A stretch of 63,502 nucleotides of DNA, filler included. It is 10 parts of 10 records of this genome, joined end to end, with 100 filler letters (N's around TTAATTAATTAA, not from the genome) between each part and the next. Parts side by side here need not be neighbours in the genome. Positions count along the whole stretch, not along the records: positions 1 to 6,433 come from SRR15195285_708; positions 6,534 to 15,429 come from SRR15195285_709; 8 more parts are not named here. The stretch is one strand, 5' to 3'. The notes under the pieces were generated by a model. It saw only the letters and a program-made list of their open reading frames with translations. It did no database searches and was not told the DNA's origin. The translations under genes and the position numbers were made by a program. Below, in pieces: positions 1-9,600 of the stretch. The first letter of the stretch is position 1. The number at the start of each line of letters is the position of its first letter.

Positions 1-309
1 TACACAGAAATGAACACGAGTTTTACTGTGTTGAATCCCTGTGGAACCGCGGCCGGCGGCCGGGCGAAGGGTCGGTGCGTGGGAGGCATCGATCGATACT
101 AGATTAGATCTAGATCTAGTGTACGTATTCACAACGTACGCATCGACTCGCGCGCTGCCGAAAGGTACACCGTGTGCGGTCGGCGGTCGGCCGCCGTCGG
201 CGTGCGAGGTTGGCTTCGTCGCTGTTCGTAGCAACTGCTGGCTGCAGTCGTGCATTGCCGGCTGCGTGCACACGGTGGTCAGTGCCGCGGCAGGGCAGCC
301 GGCTCACAC

Positions 310-1431
310 ATGAAACATTTCTCCTGCATTTCCATTGGAATTCGCCTCCTAAAGTTTGCAGTCTCAGTGAGTTGTTTGCGTCGCTGCGCCGCCCAGAGTG
401 CGGGCGGCTCGCTGGACGGCTGGAGCTGGGAGTGGGGAGGCCCTCAGACCGTGTCGCAAGGTCAGAAGCCTGAGCAGGGGCTCTGCCTTTCAGCTCCGCC
501 GCTGAGCTCCGCACCGTGCGCCGCCACTGCGGCACCAAACGGGCAGTGCGCAACCGCGGTCAGAGATGTGCCGAGCGACTTCGTGTCCGTCTCGCTGGAG
601 CAAACCAACGTACAGCAACAGATTGGGCTGCACACAGCACACAAGTGTTCCGATCGCGAGCTGTGGGACTTTGTGTTTGTTTCCGAGTTGGGCGGCGGCA
701 TTTATTGTGGCCGTGGACCTGGCTGGAAAGTAGTGGAGTGCGGTGCGACGGCCAAGGATGGCGACACGATACAGCTGCGCCGGATTGGTGACTCCGTGAG
801 CTACGAGCTCTGCCCCGCGGCGCCAGAGGGAGCCCCATGCAAGGTGCAGCACACCGAAACAGTGGCACCCACAACGCCGAAGCTCTATGCCCACGTCGGT
901 ATCCACAATTCTGCCACTGCTGCAGAGCTCTGCCACCTGCAGCCGATGGCGGGTTCGAGCTGGGGGTGGGGCTTTCTACTTGGCATCGGGCTTGTCGCGG
1001 CGGTATATTTGGGAGGTGGGGCGTATATCGGACGCAAAAACGGCAGCGAGAGGGGAGCGAGCGCAGCTTTGCAGCGCCACCCACACTTGGCAAAGTGGAG
1101 AGAACTCGCCTCGTTGGTACACGATGGCGTATGTTACAGCAGGGCTTACGTCGGCCACAAATCTGCTAGCCATGCTGCCACCGCCGCTCGTGCTAGCTAC
1201 CAGCCAGTGCAAAAGCAGGCGTCTCCGAGTGGCAAAGCAAAAGGGTCCACATCTAAGAAGAGCTCGCGGAAGAGCGAAGATAAGAGCCCGGCCCCGGACT
1301 CTTCGCCGCCATTAATGCGCGGCAGCAACGAGGAGTCTGGCTCTACAGTCTCCGTTGACGATCCTGACGCAACGGCTGCACGGTCGGCTGCAGCGGGAGG
1401 TGGAGGCCGGTGGGTTCATGTCGAGCAATAG
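310..1431 (+). CDS. Type I membrane protein with ATG27/mannose-6-phosphate-receptor-like TM and cytosolic tail
   Basis: ATG at 310 is followed by a signal-peptide-like segment and a Cys-containing ectodomain. The TM helix GFLLGIGLVAAVYLGGGAYIG is followed by HPHLAKWRELASLVHDGV, which resembles the post-TM PxxxFWxxLxxLVxDG motif of M6PR/ATG27. Confidence 0.5.
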   Translation: MKHFSCISIGIRLLKFAVSVSCLRRCAAQSAGGSLDGWSWEWGGPQTVSQGQKPEQGLCLSAPPLSSAPCAATAAPNGQCATAVRDVPSDFVSVSLEQTNVQQQIGLHTAHKCSDRELWDFVFVSELGGGIYCGRGPGWKVVECGATAKDGDTIQLRRIGDSVSYELCPAAPEGAPCKVQHTETVAPTTPKLYAHVGIHNSATAAELCHLQPMAGSSWGWGFLLGIGLVAAVYLGGGAYIGRKNGSERGASAALQRHPHLAKWRELASLVHDGVCYSRAYVGHKSASHAATAARASYQPVQKQASPSGKAKGSTSKKSSRKSEDKSPAPDSSPPLMRGSNEESGSTVSVDDPDATAARSAAAGGGGRWVHVEQ

Positions 1432-1938
1432 CGGCGCCGATGCCTACACAAACCCTGTCCTACGTAGATCGATGGTAGAATAGTCCCAATGTCTTTTTCT
1501 CCTCTCCTGGCTCTACGGGGCCGTTGAGTTCTGCTCATGGGACCCCTTGGTACTGTTCAAGCACTGTGTACCGTATGTGTGGTCCACTCGAATCGACCAC
1601 TCGCAACCGCTCGTACTGGTGGAACCAGCGGATGAGAGCAGCTGGACGGACCCAGTAGGCCCAGAACAATAGGATCAATGTGTGCAAGAATGGCTACAAC
1701 GAGTGGGTGTGCAGTCATGGGAGGCCATGGAGGTATACCGGTTACTAAGACTACTACCGGTAGTGTACCACAAGCAGTTCGAAACACTTCGGGTCTCGGT
1801 TTAGCTTGATTCGATTTGTACCGCGCAATCACTGCAGCAGCCTGAGAAAACGAATTGTATACAGCCATGATTATTATTCGCTTCCTACAGCATCACCCCG
1901 CTGCCCCTTTGCAGCCATTTATTCTCGGAAAACGCGTT

Positions 1939-3294
1939 TTACAGGCGTGCTGAGACAGCATTCGCCTCCACTGCTGCCACCGATACCTCGCTGCCAAGCT
2001 CCGCTGCGACCTCATCACATGCCACGCCAATACGGACCGCCGCCTCGACTAGCTCCTCCTCCGATGCCCCGATAAATGCCAGCCGAATATGCCCAGCATG
2101 CTCGCGCCCGTCATGAGTCGTACCGTCGTGCTTGCCAGGCCCGAAAAAGTTTTCTCCCACGCCGGCCAAAACGCCCTTACTCATCATCTTCAGTTGCACT
2201 TCCTCTGCTGGTAGCTGGTTCAACTGCATCCATACGAAAAATCCCCCCTGGCTCTTGTTGATCGTGATGTGCTGTCCAGCGTTTGACTCTAGAGCGTCCA
2301 CGAACACGTCCAGCTTGCGGCCATAAGCAGTCCGCGCACGATCGACGATGGTGTCAAATTTGCCATCAGCCATGAGCTCGCCGATACCGTACTCGATCAT
2401 GACTGAAGCCTGAGTGAGGCTCGTCACGCGAATTGGCGCCAGCATCTCGGGCGCCGAGTGAACATACCCCAGCCGGAGGCCTGTCCCAAGTGTCTTGCTG
2501 AAGGTGTGAATCGTCAGGACGCCGTAGCCCCCAGAGAGCGCGGACAGGTAGGTCGGCTCCCCGCTGTAAAGGTAAGCTTCATATGCCTCATCACAGACCA
2601 CCACGACCTTGTGCTTCGCAGCGAGGGCAAGCAGCGCCTCGGCACGGGCGCGACTCATCGTGACGCCGGTGGGGTTGTGAAACAGAGGTTGCAGGTAGAT
2701 CATCCGCACGTGCTTACCAGCACCGGTAGCCAAATGGATCTGCTCCTCAATCTCCTTAAGATCAATGCCCTCGCTGTCCATCCCCACGCAAGCAACATCG
2801 GCGCCTGTAGCCTTCACGATTGTGACGGTGGAAGTCCACAGGGGACTCTCGATTATCGCGACATCGTTTGGCCCGAGGTATGCATCGCACACCAGTTTGA
2901 TGCCGCCTTGGTTTCCTGTGCTGATAACCAGCTCTTCGGGCGCCACCGGCACGCCGCGTGTGCGTTCCAAGTACTGGCAGATTCCCGTCTTCAGCAAACT
3001 CGATGAGCCATACTCCAACGGCGAAGGGGAGCTCTTGTCCCACGCGACCTTGATATACTTGCTGATCTCCTCCATCGGAAGAAGTGCGTGCTCCGGCATC
3101 CCGCCGCCCATCGAGATGACATTGGTGCCTGCAGGGAGGCTCGCGCGGGCCTCCGCCTCTCGCTCACCATTCCGGCGCCCCATGCCTTGGTACTGTTGCC
3201 GAAATTCGTGCAGTCCAGTGACGTTCGGCGCGCCCAGCTCCGGCACCGTCATGCTCCCCCAGATATCCTTCAGCTCATCGATCATGCCGGACAT
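1939..3294 (-). CDS. PLP-dependent class I aminotransferase (2-aminoadipate transaminase/MocR-AAT-like), C-terminal PTS1 -ARL; 5' start uncertain
   Basis: Motifs ISMGGGMP, YLQPLFHNPTG, DEAY and the PLP-lysine motif TFSKTLGTGLRLGY. The protein ends in SARL. The ORF track opens at a GTG at 3510; the first convincing ATG is at 3294. Confidence 0.85.
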   Translation of the reverse strand: MSGMIDELKDIWGSMTVPELGAPNVTGLHEFRQQYQGMGRRNGEREAEARASLPAGTNVISMGGGMPEHALLPMEEISKYIKVAWDKSSPSPLEYGSSSLLKTGICQYLERTRGVPVAPEELVISTGNQGGIKLVCDAYLGPNDVAIIESPLWTSTVTIVKATGADVACVGMDSEGIDLKEIEEQIHLATGAGKHVRMIYLQPLFHNPTGVTMSRARAEALLALAAKHKVVVVCDEAYEAYLYSGEPTYLSALSGGYGVLTIHTFSKTLGTGLRLGYVHSAPEMLAPIRVTSLTQASVMIEYGIGELMADGKFDTIVDRARTAYGRKLDVFVDALESNAGQHITINKSQGGFFVWMQLNQLPAEEVQLKMMSKGVLAGVGENFFGPGKHDGTTHDGREHAGHIRLAFIGASEEELVEAAVRIGVACDEVAAELGSEVSVAAVEANAVSARL

Positions 3295-4018
3295 GTCAGT
3301 GGCTGTCAGCGGCGCGTGCGGCGTGCGTGCTCCAAGCTCAGAAGGATGTCCTCCGTCCAGCTGGCCGCCGCGCCCGATCCAGCAGCCACGCACCACGCAC
3401 CGGGCGGGATCGATGGCGCTGCCTCGTGCGGTGGACCAATGGCATGCATGCAGGCAGTCTGCGATTCGTGTGCGCGCGCGCGCCGCCGGCGGCTGCTGGT
3501 GCGTGGCCACGCGCGAGCGGACGCAAGGATGCTGGGCTGCTGATCTCAGCCTACACTGTAACCGTACTCGTCACTGGGTTGCGTTCTTGCTTTTGCGTCG
3601 TGGGGGGAAAATCAAAATTAGAAGAACAAATGTGTCCTCCTGCGCCATCACACTAAGTGCATCTAGTGGGATGGCGCACGACATTGATAGAATGTGCACA
3701 GTCAAATGACTGGTATGCATAGCCACACAATACCTCGGCTGTACTGCCCACGCACCTTTGTTTCTCGTGCGTCCCCTTTCGGCCGGTTTGCTCATGTAGA
3801 CAGACAATTGATATACTCGATTGATTGTCTTGGATAAGTTCATCTGGTATAATTGTTCTGGCGTTCTGCTATTGCAGCAGATAGCTGAAAGGGGATGTGT
3901 AATGCATGTGGGTCAACGTGTGCACGCGTAGAAAGCGCCAAGCTAGAAAGCACTCATGTTTGCTAATTATCCCTACATCTTGTACTAGATCTAGTGCCCA
4001 TTAGCGCAACGACGTTCA

Positions 4019-6318
4019 TCAAGAGAGTCTCGGGGTGACAACAAGACCACTTTGTGTCTTTCCCTCATCCACTCTCGAGCGTCCTCCCTTCCCTCTGATT
4101 GCAAGCATTAGCGCAGCTCCCACAACCAGCGTGGCGATTGTCACCCAGTTGAAGACACGAGATGAGACACGATCACCAATCAACTGCATCGCAAAAATAT
4201 ACAGCAAGTTGCCGAGGACCGCGAGAAACGTTGCACTGGTCTCTTCGCCGACCGGATACGCGATCTCCGCCCCGAGCTCATAAGATAGAGGACCAATGCC
4301 AGCGTTGAAAACTCCTTGTGCAATACAAGCACCAAACACAGGCCAGTACAACGCGTGCGCTGCGCCGAATACACCCGGCAAGTACACGGCGACAAGGAAG
4401 AAGAGAATAGACGCTGCCTGCGTCAAATATAGACCAATGATGAGGATTTTGATCGGAACTTCTAGCTTATCGACGCACCTACACGTCGCAGCATCCAACC
4501 CACACGCTTGTGTGTCAGTCAATATCCGCACTGCATGGTGGCCAAGTGCACCCAGAAATCCACCACAGCACGCGAATCTACAAGCCCGAAATAATGAACA
4601 GACGCAAAAGTACACACAGCGCAAATGTTACACCACCGACCATGCCAGCGAGGTTAAGCGTCGTGCCTATCGCTCCCTGTCGCAATGACCACCGGAATGA
4701 AATTGATCAGTTTCAAGACAAAAACAAGCTAATAGGATCGGATATGATGAACCATGTGAGCCGCGTGGTTTCTTCACTACACTCACCACCCTACTGATGG
4801 AGAAACCTGGCAACTCGTCCAAAAACTCATCGATTAGCGTTTGCCAAGTAATGATTATTGCCATATTCACGGCGTACACCAGAGCGAGAAGAATAAATGA
4901 CTTGTTTCGAATCAACGAGAGGTTTCCAGCTGTGCGCATGCACAAGAAAAATGTGTTGATCAGAGATAGATCACACGTAAAATGCATGCAAAATGAAGAG
5001 CACAGTCAACAATTATGGTGAGAGCGTAGCAGGTTCAATTTTGAATTCAGACTCAGCACACCCCAGAAGGAAGTCTTGATCGAGGCTGCGGAAAGCGATG
5101 GGGCTGAAACAGGTGGTGCCTGCCAAAGCGCCACACAAGTACAATCACAGGCATTCCTCAGACTACAATAATCAACACATCTCACTTGGATGTTCTCGCA
5201 CAGGAAATGTTAGCGACGCAGCAAAGACGACGAGACCGATCCCAGCCTCAAGCCACAGCAGGGTCGGCATGTCGCCGGGTTGTCGCATGATCCAGGTACC
5301 AACCAACCAACCAGCCCCACAGCCAAGACCCTGTGATCCTAGACCAACCGCCGAGGCGGTGGTTCGCTCGTGCGGCGGAAACCAGTCAGCAGACAGTCGG
5401 GTAAAAATGTTCCCGATGGCTGGGCCGGCGGCAGCATTCAGTGACTGTCCAATCTATCGAGACGCGAGACCAAACACATGAGGGAAACATTTAGTGGCAT
5501 TGGCAACAGCAGAGCGAGGAGACGCAGGTTTGCAAACCCATACCACAATCCAATGATAGGTCGATGGACCAGTGGCGAGCAACCGAGCCCCAACAGCCAA
5601 GAGGATCAAGAAGTTATTTCCAATCGTTACCGTCCGCACTCCAAACCGCCTGCGCGCACGAACGTGCGGGAAGAATGCACGATCACATCCGGACATTCGT
5701 GGATGAAAACAAGCTCACAGCGCAGACAGTCTTGCGTGAGCAATTGCTGCACGCGATGTGCTTACTCGATAAGTGGCGTCACAGCAAACGAGCAAGGCAC
5801 GTAAAAAATACCACCCAGCACAACCAAAAAGTTGACGTCGTCTGTAGAGACAGAGTAAAATGCAACAGTCTGCGACACGATTGTCGAGAACTGGATCCAC
5901 ACCACCTGGAAAGGCAGGAGTTTCAGTGCGTACGTTCGGAAAAAACAACTGGTGGCAGTTTCACGTACGTTCTGGTAGAAACTACCGAGGCTGCAGTCCG
6001 CCCACGCACATGTAGTCCGCCCACGCACATGTACATGTACATGTACATCAGAGATAGCCACGCCCACTGGTCAATACAAAGATCCACGAGGCTGACCAAC
6101 AAGACGCACCAGTAGATAAAGAGTGCCCAGAACCGCATGCGTGTGACGGCGACCGAGGAATGCGGGCCCTGCTGGTCTGGCGACAGGAGCGCGGTCTGCG
6201 CTGATTTCGCCGAGGGCGGGTTGCAGCACGGGCGCATACAGACTAGCGTAGGGATGAGCCATGAGAGCGCGAGGGCACTAGAGACTAGGATTACGGCGAG
6301 TGTTGCGCTCAGCGCCAT
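4019..6318 (-). CDS. MFS transporter, FLVCR/SLC49-like (multi-exon)
   Basis: Successive hydrophobic exons: RFWALFIY, DDVNFLVVLGGIFYVP, RFGVR, SADWFPPHERTTASAVG, LIRNKSFILLALVYA, PLSYELGAEIAYPVGEETS. They are separated by GT-AG introns. Confidence 0.85.
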
Positions 6319-6433
6319 GTGTCGCGTAGGTGGCGACGACGGACTCGGCGAGAGGCTCGCACCCTAGCTAGACCGCGGTCCGTGCGGACGGACCCTGCCG
6401 GCGGCCGGCGCCGCGCGCCGCGGCGCCGCGCGG

Positions 6434-6533
6434 NNNNNNNNNNNNNNNNNNNNNNNNNNNNNNNNNNNNNNNNNNNNTTAATTAATTAANNNNNNNNNNN
6501 NNNNNNNNNNNNNNNNNNNNNNNNNNNNNNNNN
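6434..6533. other. Artificial contig linker
   Basis: N-run, then TTAATTAATTAA (stops in all six frames), then N-run; 100 nt in total. Confidence 0.97.
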
Positions 6534-6679
6534 GGCGGCGGCGGTGGCGGCGGCGGCGGCGGCTGCACGAGGAGCGGTTTGAGCAGCTGGCGGTGCGAGA
6601 TGTGCTGGTCGGTGATGGTGCTGGGCAAGGGCGCGATCTGCTGAGCGGCGGCGAGGGGAGGGTGCGCTGCAGGTGTGCG

Positions 6680-9600
6680 ATGGAGCTCTCGCTGGGCGAA
6701 TGGCTTGGCGAGCACAAGGCAGCCGAGTACGAGGCAACGCTGCGTGCCGAGGGCTGTGAGTCCGTCGAGGTGCGCGTACGCGATATCGTCAGCACTGCGT
6801 TTGAACGACAAGCCTTTGCCTGCCCTTCTGAGATCCGCCGCGATGCCGCCGCGCAACAGGACCTGGTCGATAGCGAGCTGACAGAGCAACACCTGGGCGA
6901 ACTCGGTCTGAAGATGTTCGCGAAGATACGCGTCTGGGGCGCCATCCAGAGCCTGAGGCGGGCCAAGCGACCGCAGCTGGAGCAGCCGCCTACGCCGCCT
7001 GACGCCGCCAGCGCCACGCTCGAGTTGACGTCGCGCCTCCACTCGAAAGTCCCGCGGTTCAATCGGGCCGATCCATCGGCCAGGTCGCTGACCTGGTCGC
7101 AAGCCTCGCAGGCCGATTCGCAGCTCGAGAGCGACAACGCGCCTGCCGGCTGGCGACAGACAAGGCCGCGCAGCCCAAACGTCGACGAAGTGGAGGCCGA
7201 TGCGGACGGGCGCCCTGCGAAGGTACCCCGACACGATGTGGACGAGCGTCCGGCGCAGGATGCCTGCATCCCCGATGAAGAAACCCCGGACTCACGCGAC
7301 AGTGACGGTGCAGGCGCGTTCCCAGCCGTGCTCGATTCGGTGGATCAGAAACTCGTTCGGCTCAAAGAGCTGTACGAGAAGCAGCTGATCACTCGGGAGG
7401 TATACGAAGCCAAACAGAAAGAGCTACTTAACCAACTGATGCCACCGCCGTTGTCAAATGCGGAGCGAAGCAAGCGCTCGCGTGTCGAGCAGGTTGGCGC
7501 GGTCAGCCCGCACTATGATGGCGACGCTTCATCCATGGAGACTGCTACAAGCCAGGATGATGGCAGCCGGCGCAGTCCGCAGTCAGTTGCGCCATCTGCT
7601 TCTTCTGTTGCTCCTCCTGCTCACGCCAATGCGGCGGCGGCGGCGGTTGGTAGTTCTGCAGCAGTTGCGTTTGCGCCGCGGCGAAGTGGAGACCGATGGG
7701 GCCGGAGTAGGCGAAAAGTGATGGGATCACAGGACTCGAGCTCGCTGCCATTTGCTTCAGATCGCTCGCCAGACGAGGATCAACATACCCAGACAGATAG
7801 GCCTCCGCCACGTGCGGCCTCATCCTACGTGCCCAGTAGTACTCAGAACTCAGTTTCAGATTCCGAGAGCTCGGGCAACACCCCTTCTGCAGCTCGACGC
7901 GATCGCTGGAGCCGGAGCCGTCGTCGTGCAGAGGCATCGCGTACGATCATGCCAGCAAACGTAGCCGACGTATTTGCTGAGAGCAGCGAAAGTGCCGATG
8001 AGGCTTGTGCGGGTCCAGTCCTTGCCAACCGAACGCAAGCAGTGGAGACTACGGAATCCGAGAGTTTTAAAGCCTCAGCTAGCTCGGTGGATACCTCTGC
8101 CAGTTCAGCAGCATCTCTCAAATCTACTGCGGATGCTCAGCCTCAAGCATGCGATGCCGACGACAACTGGTGGGAAAGTAGCAGCGGGAGTGATACGGAA
8201 GACTTGCGTAAAGATGCGGATGACTCGTCTAGTCTCCGAGCATTACATGCGTCCTCTGTTGCGCGGTCACCAAATCATCAGCGTCATCGTGGCCGCAGTC
8301 CGTCTGCAGCTACTTCGGCCGTTCGCTTAGGAGAGGGCGCACACGCACCAGCAACAACAACTTCGCTGCAAGACGCACTTGTCACCATCAAATCTGAGAT
8401 CGCCCCAACACAGCCCTCTGCTTCTGCACTCAAATCTTCATCCTTTAGGACGGAAGCTGGCGATGGTATAAATAAAGGAAATGTTGGACGGGCAGTTGGT
8501 GCTGTTGCTAGTGGTGGTGGTCGGCAAGAAAACCGATCGCAGAATGGCACCGGTGTCCACGTGGCCGCAGCCTTCTCTCGAGCCCCAGCTGCCGAGGAGA
8601 GCGCCCGGATTGAAGTACAGGCTGCAGCTGCATCTGCCCCTGGCGGTCGAATTTTCACGGGCATGTCATTTGCTTTCCTGCTGGATCGTGACGGGCTACA
8701 GCTTGGCAAAGGTCGGCAGTTGATCTTCTCGAACCGAGTTCGAGAGTTGGGCGGCCTAGTGTACGACAAACTGCGACCAGATTCTACAACGCATATTGTG
8801 ACAGGTAAACGTCATGACCATCGCAAAATAATGGGATTCTTGTCCGGGATGGGCGTCGACACAGACCAGGCCAAGCTTGTTTCAGTAGTGTGTTGTGACT
8901 GGATTACTCAGTGTTTAAAGGTGAAGAAGCTTGTGGATGAGACTGATTATCTCTCTGACCTATCGTGCCGCCTGCGACCATACGCATGGAAGGTCCGACA
9001 GCAGCAGTCAGATGGGCCAGGCGCGCTCTCGGTGATCAACACGCTCACTGCAGGGGCGCGTGGTGCTGCCGTACTGGCCTGCGCACCTGCAGCAGTGCAA
9101 CGCGACCCTGGGTCGGAAGAAGGTCTCACTGACAGGGTGTCGGTGAAGCTGCGCGAGGATCAACTGACAAGTGGGGACCGCCAAAAGCTATCTGACGTCC
9201 GCCCTTCATCTCGCTACAGCAAAGTAGCCTTCTTGGATGTACACAGCAGCAGCACAAACAGAGAATATGATCGTGGAGCTGGTGAGATCAAAAATCTTAG
9301 CGCCCCTCCCGCACACATGACTGATATTGATGTGATGAAGTTTGTACGCGTGCCTGTGACATGGGAGGCAAGCTATCCTGAAGGTGCCCAGGCATCCGCA
9401 GCCAAGCACGCTGAGCTAGTCGGGCCGATCGAAAAGCTCCAGGGACTTTGGCAGCTTGCGAAGAGATGGCAAGAGCAGTACTGGCAACAGCCGCTGGCGG
9501 GTCGCAAAATTGAGACGGACTTTCCATACCCGCTGGCATGTTTCACCCGAGGGCGGACTGACGGCCACCTCAACTTCGAGCACGACAGTATGCTAGGCAG

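Noticed and set aside
3511-3560. PTS2-like RLRSAAQHP upstream of the aminotransferase
   Set aside because: There is no in-frame ATG before it and the last residue breaks the consensus.
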